Shown here one piece after another: positions 1 to 11,706 of a stretch of 64,000 nucleotides of DNA (within the stretch, counting starts at the first letter, position 1; every line of letters starts with the position of its first letter). Origin of the DNA: an uncultured Mycoplasmatota bacterium (GTDB lineage Bacteria > Bacillota_I > Bacilli_A > RF39 > UBA660); NCBI GenBank assembly GCA_947646095.1, contig CANSFI010000005.1:6703-70702 (forward strand), read 5' to 3'. The position numbers were made by a program, and so were the translations under genes. Under the pieces are notes generated by a model that searched no databases, was not told the DNA's origin, and saw only the letters and a program-made list of their open reading frames with translations.

Positions 1-470
1 AATAATATTTTTAAAATATTGCTATTAATTATTTTTTTCTTTAAATATTCAATATCTCTTTTAAGTATATTTTCATGATCATAACCTAATTTTGGAAGTT
101 CATCTATTGAAAACCAGGCAGTTTCAATGTTTTTTCTCTCTTCTCTTTTTATTTCTACTGTTGTACTATCTACAAGACCTATAAAACTTGTAGCAATTAC
201 TCTATTATCGGGATCTCTATCAATGTTACTAAATGTGTAACATTGTTCAATATAAACATTTAAAAGTCCTGTTTTATCATAAACAGCATCTGTAACATTA
301 TCTTCTAATGTTTCATTGTTTTTTAATATGTTTCCTGGTAAAATCCAGTATCCTTTATAAGGCTCTGATTTTTTACGTAATAATAATACCTGTAATGTCC
401 CTTTATCGATTGTAAAAATACTTATTAAAGTCTCTACATGATTATTATATTCTTTTCCAAGACTGCTCAT
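1..470 (-). CDS. NUDIX-fold protein, NrtR-like (partial; 3' end lies beyond the window start)
   Basis: Absent from the ORF track because it runs off the window. Manual reverse translation from ATG 470..468 (SD AAAGGAG upstream) stays open to position 1: MSSLGKEYNNHVETLISIFTIDKGTLQVLLLRKKSEPYKGYWILPGN...AWFSIDELPKLGYDHENILKRDIEYL. It has a degenerate Nudix box plus an L-x-(F/Y)-DH motif, as in NrtR-type Nudix regulators. Confidence 0.55.
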   Translation of the reverse strand, partial: MSSLGKEYNNHVETLISIFTIDKGTLQVLLLRKKSEPYKGYWILPGNILKNNETLEDNVTDAVYDKTGLLNVYIEQCYTFSNIDRDPDNRVIATSFIGLVDSTTVEIKREERKNIETAWFSIDELPKLGYDHENILKRDIEYLKKKIINSNILKIL

Positions 471-876
471 TAATATTCACTCCTTTTTGTGTTTTTGATA
501 CGCGTAAACTATTTTACTATAAAAAAATTGCTTTGTCAAATCCTAATTATATTATTTTAGATTTTAATATTCGATTACCAAAACTAGATTATATTAATAT
601 AAATATATAATTAGTTACCTATATTTTATAATTAATATTATATTCTTTTCTAACACAATATTTTCCATTAGAAATAGTTTAACTTATACTCTTGTAATAT
701 TTATAGTTGCAATTAATTATTTGCTTTATTAAACATAAGGATTAAATAACTTAAATTAATAATTTATCAAAATAATTAACTCATTCTAAGTTCCTTAGAA
801 TTTATTATATATAAATTTTATTCTTAGTTTTATAGTAATTTTTAAATTTGTTTACAAAAAAACTCTTAAAAGAATT

Positions 877-1503
877 TTATCTTTTTTTCGGAGTTTCTTC
901 TATTACTATTTCAGAATTATTGCCAATTGAACCTAAAACGCTAATCCTTGTTTCTATTTCTTTTAACTCTCTTTCTATAAAGTTATTTCTATCAATTAGT
1001 TCTTTATATTCCTCATCATCAAACACTAAATCACCTTTAAGAATTCCTACTAATAATTTATCAACTTTTCGTTCGATAACAGTAGCTAGCCTTTGTTGAT
1101 CACTTGGTGAAGCATTTTTTATAGGATGATTAGAAATTTGCTTTTTTCTACATGAAGTAAAAGCACCTTTCGTGTGCATATTTTTTTCAAAATCTTCGAT
1201 TTGTTTGTTTCCAATAATTGTTGTCATAACATAATTAGATATTATCTCTTTTTTAGGATCAAAGTCGAATTTTACCATATCTAAATTCATAGGATCACCT
1301 ATTTTTAAATTATTAAATTTCAAATCTTCTCTTCCGTTAATCAAATTATATTTAACTTCAAATGGAATACCTAATTGTTTAAATTTTTTTGCTGCATAAT
1401 TTCTAAAATCATTTAATAATTGTATTTTTTTTGCTAAAATATTTTCTCTTTGTATATTAAGACTTGTTTCTGCTGTTTTAACTTCATTTGATGGTAATGT
1501 CAT
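877..1503 (-). CDS. hypothetical protein
   Basis: Long ORF. The second ATG (1503) follows SD GAGAGGTGAG at good spacing. No family recognised. Confidence 0.55.
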   Translation of the reverse strand: MTLPSNEVKTAETSLNIQRENILAKKIQLLNDFRNYAAKKFKQLGIPFEVKYNLINGREDLKFNNLKIGDPMNLDMVKFDFDPKKEIISNYVMTTIIGNKQIEDFEKNMHTKGAFTSCRKKQISNHPIKNASPSDQQRLATVIERKVDKLLVGILKGDLVFDDEEYKELIDRNNFIERELKEIETRISVLGSIGNNSEIVIEETPKKR

Positions 1504-1581
1504 AATCTCACCTCTCATATATTAACATAATTATATATCTTTTTATTATTTTTAACAAGATTAAATTTAAAAATTCTATTG

Positions 1582-3573
<1,992 letters not shown>

Positions 3574-3633
3574 CTATTTTTCTATATTATATCATGTAAT
3601 CTTAACTTTAAAGAAAAATAGTATACTAAAATA

Positions 3634-4521
3634 CTATTCCCATAATTTATTAGGATATTTTCCTTTTTCTATTAAGTTTTTAAGGGCTTGTAAAACCTTT
3701 TCTTTATCTTTCTTGTATGTTATTCCATGCCATTTAGCAGTCGTTTTTAGTATTTCAACATTAATGTTATTATTATTAATATTTTTATATATAACATCTG
3801 GTATTAAAAATTCACTATTTTTTGTATTGGTTTTATTTTCTTCAAAAAACTTTATAATATCTTTTTCTAAAATACTAAAAATTAATGGTGTAAAAATAAA
3901 CATGTTCATTGAAACTAATGTGTTTTTATCAACTAAAAATATTGAATTATCAGAAAGTGATGTACAAATTATTTTTTCACTTTGCTTTTTTACACTACTT
4001 TCAGTTATTTTTGTCAATTTGTTATTTTTTTGTTCACAGATACCTCTTTTAACAGAACCATTTTCAGTTAATGTATTTATAACTTTATATCCTACCATTG
4101 CCATACAATTATTATTATGTTTTTTCTTTAAAAATTTACTGGCTACTTTAAATGCATCTTCTCCATAAAAGTCATCAGCATTAATAACTAAAAAATCTTC
4201 TTTAACTATATCTTTACAAGATAAGATAGCATGTCCTGTTCCTAAAGGTTTAATTCTGTTTTTAAAATTAGATGGTAAATTATTGTTTTTTTGAAATGCA
4301 TAATATGTTTTTATTTTGTTTTCTATTCTTTTACCTATAGTATTTTTAAATAAGTTATAATTCTCTTCTTTTATAATAAATACAACTTTGTTAAAGCCTA
4401 CTTTAATAGCATCATATATAGAATAGTCTAATATAAATTCACCATTATCACCAAATTCTTCTACTTGTTTTAATCCACCAAATCTACTACCTATTCCAGC
4501 AGCCATAATAACTAATGTCAT
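3634..4521 (-). CDS. sugar-phosphate nucleotidyltransferase family protein
   Basis: N-terminal MAAGIGSRFGG (GxGxRF nucleotide-binding loop) and INADDFYG. Confidence 0.7.
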   Translation of the reverse strand: MTLVIMAAGIGSRFGGLKQVEEFGDNGEFILDYSIYDAIKVGFNKVVFIIKEENYNLFKNTIGKRIENKIKTYYAFQKNNNLPSNFKNRIKPLGTGHAILSCKDIVKEDFLVINADDFYGEDAFKVASKFLKKKHNNNCMAMVGYKVINTLTENGSVKRGICEQKNNKLTKITESSVKKQSEKIICTSLSDNSIFLVDKNTLVSMNMFIFTPLIFSILEKDIIKFFEENKTNTKNSEFLIPDVIYKNINNNNINVEILKTTAKWHGITYKKDKEKVLQALKNLIEKGKYPNKLWE

Positions 4522-4527
4522 AAAATA

Positions 4528-4680
4528 TTATTTACTACTTAATGAATTATAAGTAAAACCAAATATAACTAACCCTAAAAGAACTAAGGAAATCCATAAA
4601 ACTGGATTAGTATGATTTTCTATAATAAAATTCTTAAGTGGTTGTATCCAGTCGTTTAATGTATCCATAATATCTAACAT
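4528..4680 (-). CDS. small membrane protein (50 aa)
   Basis: Below the ORF-track cutoff. Manual translation gives MLDIMDTLNDWIQPLKNFIIENHTNPVLWISLVLLGLVIFGFTYNSLSSK with one TM segment. It fits tightly between pcrA and the nucleotidyltransferase gene. Confidence 0.4.
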   Translation of the reverse strand: MLDIMDTLNDWIQPLKNFIIENHTNPVLWISLVLLGLVIFGFTYNSLSSK

Positions 4681-4684
4681 ATAA

Positions 4685-6763
4685 TCACACCTTTCTAATA
4701 CTTTTATGTCCTTTCATTAGTTTCTTTATTCCAATTGGATGCTGAAACGCAATAGAAAGAACTGTTTTATCAATACCAACTATTACTCCTTGTCCAAATG
4801 TTGTATGAATAACTTTATCACCAATATTATACTCAACGGAATTATCAATCATATCATCTTTAGAAATAATAATTGTATCTTCTATTTTATCGATATCTAA
4901 ATAATCTTCGTTTATTTCTTTAATAAATCTACTTGGTGGATTAGCACTATCCATTCCATATAGGGTTCTTCTTTTAGCATTTACTAACCATAACTTTTTT
5001 TTAGCTCTAGTTACTGCTACATAACAAAGTCTTCTTTCTTCCTCAATTTCATTATTATCTTCTAGACTATTCATATGGGGAAATATACCTTCTTCAAGAC
5101 CAATAATAAATACATTATTAAATTCTAATCCTTTAGCTGAATGAACTGTCATTAATGTTACTACGTTATTATTATTCTTATGTTCCTCAATATCGGATAC
5201 TAAGGATATTTCCATTAAAAAATCCTCTAAAGATATTATACCATTTTTTTCTTCAAAATTACGAGTAATTGACTTAAATTCTTCTAAGTTTTCTAATCTA
5301 ACTTCAGCTTCTAAAGTATTTTCATTTATAAATTCTTGTTTCATTCCTGTTTTATTTAAGACTAAATCTACTAATTCAGTTAGGGATAAATTTTCCCTTT
5401 TCTCATTAATTTCTTGAATTAATTTTTTAAATTCTAATTCTTTACCACTATTTATAACTTGAAAAATACTTTTATTTTCTAATTTTGCTCTTTCTGTAAG
5501 ATTTTCTATTGTTTTATTTCCTATTCCTCTTTTTGGAACATTTATAATTCTAGTTAAACTTATATCATCATTTGGATTATATAATAAGGTTAAATATGAA
5601 ATTAAATCTTTTATTTCTTTTCTTTTATAAAAATAAAAACTTCCAACTACCTTATATGGAATATTATCTCTAAGGAGAGCTTCCTCCATATTTCTAGATT
5701 GAGCATTAGTTCTATATAGAACAGCTATTTCACTTAAATTTTCATTATCTTTTATTTTATCTATTTCACTTTTGACATAAAATGCTTCATCTTTTTCATT
5801 ACTGCATCTATGATAAGTAACTTTTAATCCTATTTCATTTTTTGTCCAAAGATTTTTATCTTTTCTCTGTTTATTGTTTTTTATTATGTCATTAGCAACA
5901 TTTAAAATGTTTTTAGTTGAACGATAATTTTCTTCTAACATTATTACTTTAGAATTTTTATAATCTTTTTCAAAGTTTAAAATATTTTTATAATTAGACC
6001 CTCTAAATGCATAAATAGATTGATCCGAATCACCTACAACACAAATATTTTCATATTTAGCAGATACTAATTTTGTTAAAATATATTGTGCTTCATTAGT
6101 GTCTTGATATTCATCTATTAATATATACTTAAATTTTTCTTGATATTCTTTTAATATTTCAGAATATTTTTTAAAAAGAATTATTGGTTCCATAAGCAAA
6201 TCATCAAAATCTAAAGAATTATTAGTTTTTAATTTTTGTTGATATCTTTGATATACTTTTAGTACTATTTGTTCATATTCACTATTTGCATATTTAGAAT
6301 ATTCATCTGGATTTAATAGTTCATTTTTAGCTCCACTTATTCTACTTTTAATTCCTTTTGGATTATATATTTTAGGATCGTAATTTAACTCTTTTAATAT
6401 TTTTTTTATTAAGGTTGTTACATCATCTGAATCTATTATTGTGAAGTTTTTACTATAACCCAATTTATCATAATGATCTTTTATAACTTTTAAACCAAAG
6501 GAATGAAAAGTTGATATTTGTATTTTATATGCTGTTAAACCTAATATATTTATAACTCTATCTTTCATTTCCTTTGCTGCTTTATTTGTAAAAGTAATTG
6601 CTAGAATAGATTCTGGATCTACACCTATTTCTGATATCAAGTAAGCTATTCTAGTAGTTAAAACTTTTGTTTTTCCACTTCCTGCTCCTGCCATAACTAA
6701 AAGGGGGCCTTCTGTTGTTTTAATTGCCTCTAATTGATTTTTGTTTAATCCTTCTAAGTTCAC
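4685..6763 (-). CDS. pcrA: ATP-dependent DNA helicase PcrA (UvrD/Rep family)
   Basis: Walker A AGAGSGKT, motif II DEYQDTN and VHSAKGLEF. The pcrA-ligA linkage is typical of Firmicutes. Confidence 0.93.
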   Translation of the reverse strand: MNLEGLNKNQLEAIKTTEGPLLVMAGAGSGKTKVLTTRIAYLISEIGVDPESILAITFTNKAAKEMKDRVINILGLTAYKIQISTFHSFGLKVIKDHYDKLGYSKNFTIIDSDDVTTLIKKILKELNYDPKIYNPKGIKSRISGAKNELLNPDEYSKYANSEYEQIVLKVYQRYQQKLKTNNSLDFDDLLMEPIILFKKYSEILKEYQEKFKYILIDEYQDTNEAQYILTKLVSAKYENICVVGDSDQSIYAFRGSNYKNILNFEKDYKNSKVIMLEENYRSTKNILNVANDIIKNNKQRKDKNLWTKNEIGLKVTYHRCSNEKDEAFYVKSEIDKIKDNENLSEIAVLYRTNAQSRNMEEALLRDNIPYKVVGSFYFYKRKEIKDLISYLTLLYNPNDDISLTRIINVPKRGIGNKTIENLTERAKLENKSIFQVINSGKELEFKKLIQEINEKRENLSLTELVDLVLNKTGMKQEFINENTLEAEVRLENLEEFKSITRNFEEKNGIISLEDFLMEISLVSDIEEHKNNNNVVTLMTVHSAKGLEFNNVFIIGLEEGIFPHMNSLEDNNEIEEERRLCYVAVTRAKKKLWLVNAKRRTLYGMDSANPPSRFIKEINEDYLDIDKIEDTIIISKDDMIDNSVEYNIGDKVIHTTFGQGVIVGIDKTVLSIAFQHPIGIKKLMKGHKSIRKV

Positions 6764-6869
6764 TTAACCACCTCTATAATATATTTCTCATAATGATATT
6801 ATATCAAAAACTATATAATATGTACTATTTTCTTTTATCATTTTATTTGTATATTCATATATTTCAAAT

Positions 6870-7148
6870 GTCTGCTATGTTCTAACAAATGTATAATCAA
6901 CTTTTAGACCAACTGCCTTTGAAGGAACATTATTATACTCTATTTCTAAAATTGGCTATTCTATTTGTAATAATTATAGTTTTAATGTATCTGTTGCAAT
7001 TCTTTTTCTTCTATATTGAGGATAAACTATATAATTTACAACGATGAATAAAATTTCATGAGAATGTTTTGTTTCGTCATCAATAATATTTAAAAAATAA
7101 TTCTTTTTTATATATCTTTCTATCAACTTTTACTAATTTTACATTCAC
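6870..7148 (-). pseudogene. decayed GNAT-type acetyltransferase
   Basis: Three short frames on the minus strand read NVKLVKVDRKIYKKELFF / IIDDETKHSHEILFIVVNYIVYPQYRRKRIATDTLKL* / ILEIEYNNVPSKAVGLKVDYTFVRT*. The (V)YPQYRRKxIAT stretch looks like GNAT motif A. Frameshifts and stops are present. Confidence 0.4.
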
Positions 7149-7293
7149 TTGATTTTATCCTTCCTTTTTATAAAGCTACCATTTATATTTTAACATAATT
7201 ATTTACTAATTAAAACTTAAATAGGAATTAGTTTCTTATTAATTGTACAGTTCAGACTAAGAAACAGAAAAAGCAGGTAGATTCCGTCATATT

Positions 7294-7806
7294 CTATCTG
7301 TTTTTTATTAATATAGGTTCATCATTTAAAAGTTTTAATAATGCATCATATAAATTTACATCATTTTTTTTATAGGTAGATATACAACTTTTTGTTACTG
7401 CATAAATAGTGGCTCCTTCTAAACTTCTAAATTTTCCTACTTTTTGTTTAATTTTTATGCTTCTTAAATCAGCTTCAGCTCTATTATTCGAAAAAGGAAC
7501 AAAAAACTTTTTTAAAAATAATAAATGATTTCTACAATACTTTATTAATCTATTAATTAAATTTATCTCTTCTTTTCTATAAGAATTTGTAGGTAAATCT
7601 CTTTTTTGTTCTTCTTTCACTTCATCTAATATTGCTAAATAACGTTTTTTGAAACTATCATATTCTGCATTATCTGAAGCATAATTGTAATACATTTTAT
7701 AATGATCATGAACAATTATCCCCTTATATTTTTTTAGAAATCCAAATTCATCTATATCTTCACTGCTTCTATGTTTGGTAATATATTTTAGTGTGTGCCA
7801 TTTACC
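7294..7806 (-). pseudogene. IS66-family transposase, C-terminal remnant (5'-truncated)
   Basis: The frame is open from 7806 with no start: GKWHTLKYITKHRSSEDIDEFGFLKKYKGIIVHDHYKMYY...PFSNNRAEADLRSIKIKQKVGKFRSLEGATIYAVTKSCISTYKK. The NNxAExxxR...FRSxxGA motif is typical of IS66-type transposase C-termini. Only about 170 codons remain. Confidence 0.6.
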
Positions 7807-7831
7807 CTAGCTATATGCCATGCCTGAAACA

Positions 7832-7862
7832 TAAAAAACTGTTGAACATATTTGTCAACAGT
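7832..7862 (-). terminator. rho-independent terminator of the ABC operon
   Basis: Minus-strand stem ACTGTTGA / TCAACAGT followed by a U-run, just downstream of the permease stop codon. Confidence 0.6.
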
Positions 7863-7872
7863 CTGATAGAAA

Positions 7873-8054
7873 TTAATTTTTTATTAGTTTTTTTTCAATG
7901 AATAAAATTACATAATACATAAAAGCTGCTACTATACATAAAATTATTGTTCCACTTATAACCAAATTCAAATTAAAGACTTGTGAACCATACATAATTA
8001 AATATCCAATACCTTCTTTTGATACTAAAAATTCTCCCATTATTACGCCAATTA
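7873..8054 (-). pseudogene. ABC transporter permease (NitT/TauT family), 3' fragment
   Basis: The part ...IGVIMGEFLVSKEGIGYLIMYGSQVFNLNLV... is the conserved C-terminal end of binding-protein-dependent permeases. It continues the 5' fragment at 41587..42193 in frame. Confidence 0.85.
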
Positions 8055-8072
8055 TAGTCATGGTGCGAAAAA
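8048..8072. repeat. left junction of the ICE: 7-bp core CCAATTA plus terminal inverted repeat
   Basis: CCAATTA at 8048-8054 is repeated at 41580-41586. GTCATGGTGCGAAAAA (8057-8072) matches the reverse complement of 41557-41572 at 14 of 16 positions. Confidence 0.75.
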
Positions 8073-8122
8073 TTGGTGTTTAAGGCATTTTTAGGACTAA
8101 ACTTATAGGAATAGGAGTTATT

Positions 8123-8761
8123 ATGGGAAAAACACTTACTTGTCCTTTCTGTAATAATAAAGATACTTTAAAAGTAGTTTATTGTTATAGGGGCTATAAA
8201 AAAAGAAATAATGATGATATTAGTAATTTAATAAAAGATGGTACAATATATAGAAATGAAAAACCTAGATTTGAAAAATATGATTTTGATGGTGAAAAGA
8301 TAACTGCATCTTTATATAATAAATATTGTCCTAATTGTGATAAATATTTTCACTCTATTGGTAAAATGGCAGTCATTGATATAGATAAAGTTACATTTAT
8401 TTATTCACTAGAAAAACAGATATTCAGATATGATTTTGATTTTTCAAATAATAATAGTGCAAAATATTCATATAAACAAAACTATATTAGTGTAGATAAA
8501 GATATTCTATTAAATGAAACAGAAAGATTTAATATACTAAAAGGTATAAAAGAATCAAAAATGAATTTTTGGAACAAAGAATATAATTATAGTGATTCAT
8601 TTAGTTATAATTGGATAATAAAATTAGAATATCATAATGGGTTAAGTGAATGCTATTATGGTTACGATCAAGTTTCTAGTAATTGGGATTTATTTATATC
8701 TGGGTTTAAAGTAATTATTTATAAATATGATAAAAATAAATTAATAGATAAAATCGTGTAA
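8123..8761 (+). CDS. hypothetical protein with putative zinc ribbon (CPFC...CPNC)
   Basis: 212-aa ORF. SD-like GGAGTT lies upstream. There are two CxxC pairs. Confidence 0.45.
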   Translation: MGKTLTCPFCNNKDTLKVVYCYRGYKKRNNDDISNLIKDGTIYRNEKPRFEKYDFDGEKITASLYNKYCPNCDKYFHSIGKMAVIDIDKVTFIYSLEKQIFRYDFDFSNNNSAKYSYKQNYISVDKDILLNETERFNILKGIKESKMNFWNKEYNYSDSFSYNWIIKLEYHNGLSECYYGYDQVSSNWDLFISGFKVIIYKYDKNKLIDKIV

Positions 8762-8816
8762 TGATTTGACAATCGTTAGTAAGGGAGTTACTATTCAAGC
8801 AACTGGAGGTCATTAC

Positions 8817-9089
8817 ATGAATACATTTGATAGAGATTATAAGGAAAAAGAGAGAAATACTATAAAATATTTCCATACTATATTATTATCAAAGTTGTTG
8901 CTTTTAAATTATGAATTTTCTAATCATGAATATAATGGTACAACTGGTGAAGATGTCTTTAAAATATTACCAAAAAAGATTAATTATAGTGAAAAAGAAA
9001 AGCAAGAAATTATTGATAATGCAATTATGCTATTAAAAATAAATGGTAAAACAGTAACAGATTTTGAAAAAATAGAATTTGAAAAATAA
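8817..9089 (+). CDS. hypothetical protein
   Basis: The ATG at 8817 is preceded by GGAGGT with a 6-nt spacer. Confidence 0.4.
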   Translation: MNTFDRDYKEKERNTIKYFHTILLSKLLLLNYEFSNHEYNGTTGEDVFKILPKKINYSEKEKQEIIDNAIMLLKINGKTVTDFEKIEFEK

Positions 9090-9183
9090 TTCTTTTTTTC
9101 ATTAACTACTATATAAATAAAAGTTAAAAAATGTTATAATATATCTAACAGAAAAATAGTAAGTTTAAAAGTGAGGATGAATT

Positions 9184-9756
9184 ATGAAAAAAAGGATTTT
9201 AATAATTTCAGGAACAATATTGATTCCATTATTTAGTTTTATAATGTATCAATTTATTAAATCTTTAGATTATAAAAATTCGTTATCTAGTTTAGAAAAA
9301 TATATATTTGTTGCTAATGAAACAACCATAAAAAATTTAGAATATGATAACAAAAATTATGTTATTTCAAGATATTACGATGATTCAAGTTCTTGGAGTC
9401 ATCTTAATATATTATTAAAAAATAATGACACCTATTATGTTTTAGAGAATATAAAAAAATGTGATACAGTTGATAATGGATCTAATTTATATGTAAAAGA
9501 TAATGTAATTTATATACATTGCATTGGTAAAGAGGGAATTATAGATAAGTATTTAATAAATGATTTTAGTGTTGAAAAAGAAACTATAAGTTTTAATTTC
9601 AAAAATACACCTAACATTAGTCAATTACATATTGGTATAGATAAAGTTGATGATGAAAACATCTACTTATCATCTCCATTTAAAGTAGATAATACAGTTA
9701 AAGATAACCCTAATGTAAAATGCTCATTTAAAGATAAAAATTGTATATATTATTAA
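9184..9756 (+). CDS. membrane-anchored or secreted hypothetical protein
   Basis: N-terminal KKRILIISGTILIPLFSFIMYQFI signal-anchor. SD GTGAGGATG lies upstream. Confidence 0.5.
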   Translation: MKKRILIISGTILIPLFSFIMYQFIKSLDYKNSLSSLEKYIFVANETTIKNLEYDNKNYVISRYYDDSSSWSHLNILLKNNDTYYVLENIKKCDTVDNGSNLYVKDNVIYIHCIGKEGIIDKYLINDFSVEKETISFNFKNTPNISQLHIGIDKVDDENIYLSSPFKVDNTVKDNPNVKCSFKDKNCIYY

Positions 9757-9766
9757 GGAATTTATT

Positions 9767-10153
9767 ATGAAAAAAAAGATATTAAAGATATTTTTAATAA
9801 TGCTAGTAATACTAACTTTTATGTTATTATTACTTATAATTTTGGGTATATTATTGTTTTTAGGAAAAGTTCAAGATTACACCTATTTGAATATAAATAA
9901 TTCCAACAAAGAAAAAATTATAAATTTGCTACAAGAACAAGAAGAAAATATGTTTTACTTGAAAGATAATATAGATCTAAATGTTTGTTATAAAAATATA
10001 AAGAGAATAGAAGTAATTTATAGATTCCCAGATGGAGAAGATTATACAATTTATTGCAAAGAAGATAAAGTTAGTTTTTCTTTAGATAATGCTAACTATA
10101 ATCTTCCTAACTATCTTAGCAAAAATGGACATTTAGGTTTTAGATTTAAATAA
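9767..10153 (+). CDS. membrane-anchored hypothetical protein
   Basis: N-terminal hydrophobic anchor ILKIFLIMLVILTFMLLLLIILGILLFL. Confidence 0.5.
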   Translation: MKKKILKIFLIMLVILTFMLLLLIILGILLFLGKVQDYTYLNINNSNKEKIINLLQEQEENMFYLKDNIDLNVCYKNIKRIEVIYRFPDGEDYTIYCKEDKVSFSLDNANYNLPNYLSKNGHLGFRFK

Positions 10154-10183
10154 TAAATTATAATATGTCGAAGAGATAAAAGG

Positions 10184-10214
10184 GATCAAAAAAAATAACC
10201 TAGTCAAAATTTAG
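10184..10214. terminator. bidirectional rho-independent terminator
   Basis: Stem AATAACCTA / TAGGTTATT flanked by an A-run and a T-run, between convergent genes. A second copy sits at about 10591-10620. Confidence 0.6.
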
Positions 10215-10215
10215 G

Positions 10216-10503
10216 TTATTTTTTCTTCTCATCTACTCTAGTAAAATTTGTTTTATGGCTAGGATTATACTCTAATAATTTAGAACTAGTCATTTTTAAT
10301 TTAGGATCAATGTTTTTATTCATCCCATCAGCAATTTTGTCTAACATATCAGTAGTTGGTTTTCTTCTACAATTTTCAAGTTGATTAATATAGACTAAAT
10401 TACTACCCACTTTTTCAGCAAATTTTTCTTGAGATAAGTTGTATTGAGATCTGTAATATTTTAAGTTCATAGAAAGTATTTTTTTACTAGACATAAATAT
10501 CAT
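10216..10503 (-). CDS. XRE-family HTH transcriptional regulator (copy 1)
   Basis: HTH YNLSQEKFAEKVGSNLVYINQLENCRRKPT. Confidence 0.75.
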   Translation of the reverse strand: MIFMSSKKILSMNLKYYRSQYNLSQEKFAEKVGSNLVYINQLENCRRKPTTDMLDKIADGMNKNIDPKLKMTSSKLLEYNPSHKTNFTRVDEKKK

Positions 10504-10612
10504 TCCTATCTCCCCATTTCCTTATTTATTTTATATAAGTGTTAAAGTAAAGTCTTTTGCACAAATGTTAATGGAATGTGGATAAAATAAAATAACCTAG
10601 TCAAAGTTTAGG

Positions 10613-10897
10613 TTATTTTTTCTTCTCATCTACTCTAGTAAAATTTGTTTTATGACTAGGATTATACTCTAATAGTTTAGAACTAGTCATTTTTAATTTG
10701 GGATCAATGTTTTTATTCATCCCATCAGCAATTTTGTCTAACATATCAGTAGTTGGCTTTCTTCTACAATTTTCAAGTTGATTAATATAGACTAAATTAC
10801 TACCCACCTTTTCAGCAAATTTTTCTTGAGATAAGTTGTATTGTTCTCTATAATATTTTAAATTCATAGAAAGTATTTTTTTACTGTTCATATTCAT
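10613..10897 (-). CDS. XRE-family HTH transcriptional regulator (copy 2)
   Basis: Identical to copy 1 over most of its length. Start chosen at MNMNSKK, after GGAGGTAAGAG. Confidence 0.75.
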   Translation of the reverse strand: MNMNSKKILSMNLKYYREQYNLSQEKFAEKVGSNLVYINQLENCRRKPTTDMLDKIADGMNKNIDPKLKMTSSKLLEYNPSHKTNFTRVDEKKK

Positions 10898-11049
10898 AGA
10901 TTCTCTTACCTCCAACTCTGCATTTATTTTATACAAGTGTTAAATGAATGTCTTTTGCACAAATGTTAATGGAAGTCGTTTACTTTATGCAAAAAATAGT
11001 GTATGATTTAATAGTTGTACAAGACTTTATAGGAAGATGAGGTGATAAA

Positions 11050-11364
11050 ATGCTAGATATTTATGATTATTTATATATAGTATGTACTACTATTATAAAA
11101 ACTATTATTATATTTATAGGTGGAGCACTTTTATATTGTTTAATTGCTTATAATCATTCTTTAGGAATATCTTGGGCAGATAATATGGGGATACCTTATG
11201 ACATGGCTTTAACAGTAACTAGTTTAGGATTCGTAAATAATGTTATGGTAGTATTTACGGTATTTGATTTAATAATCTTTGGTGTAATTATTAATCAATT
11301 AAATAAGTACAAAACTATGAATAAATTATTTAATAGTTTTAATAATTTTATGAGAATATTTTAA
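11050..11364 (+). CDS. small multi-pass membrane protein
   Basis: Three hydrophobic segments. SD GATGAGGTGA lies upstream. Confidence 0.5.
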   Translation: MLDIYDYLYIVCTTIIKTIIIFIGGALLYCLIAYNHSLGISWADNMGIPYDMALTVTSLGFVNNVMVVFTVFDLIIFGVIINQLNKYKTMNKLFNSFNNFMRIF

Positions 11365-11374
11365 GGAGGTCTTC

Positions 11375-11632
11375 ATGGATAATATTGCAGACACTATAAC
11401 AAAGGAATATAAAGTTAATGAATCAGTTTTAGTTACATATCATACTTTAAATTCTTTATATCAAAATTTCTTTTCTATGTACCCTAAAGAATTAGGTAAT
11501 AAAATAGTTGATCTAATAAATGATTTAAGAGATGAATTAATGGGAGAACAAGAAAATGACTTTAAAGGCTATGATATAAATGATTCTTTTTATGAAAGAG
11601 TTATTTATACTAAGCATAAAAAAGAGAAATGA
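11375..11632 (+). CDS. hypothetical protein
   Basis: 85-aa ORF with SD AAGGAGGT 6 nt upstream. Confidence 0.5.
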   Translation: MDNIADTITKEYKVNESVLVTYHTLNSLYQNFFSMYPKELGNKIVDLINDLRDELMGEQENDFKGYDINDSFYERVIYTKHKKEK

Positions 11633-11659
11633 AGAAGATGGAAAATTTGACTAAGGGAA

Positions 11660-11688
11660 TTGACTTTTTCCTTTTTTTGTTGTAGTAT
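11660..11688 (+). promoter_or_regulatory. sigma-A-type promoter (TTGACT-17-TAGTAT) with conserved leader
   Basis: The -35 box is at 11660-11665 and the -10 at 11683-11688. The leader ATATAAAGCAATTTCT(T)GGGGTGGT is repeated at 15300-15323. Confidence 0.5.
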
Positions 11689-11706
11689 ATAAAGCAATTT
11701 CTTGGG

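Larger units (their letters stand above)
10184..10985. repeat. tandem duplication (~407-bp period) of an XRE repressor cassette
   Basis: AATAACCTAGTCAAA... starts at 10184 and again at 10591. The two copies are near-identical through terminator, CDS and upstream region (..GTGTTAAA..GTCTTTTGCACAAATGTTAATGGAA). Confidence 0.85.

Noticed and set aside
7873-8061. 62-aa ORF, and the 123-aa GTG-start ORF at 42932..43303, as stand-alone small genes
   Set aside because: Both are C-terminal fragments of the ABC permease and SBP genes. Their frames are open upstream to the element junctions and continue in frame in the distal fragments.
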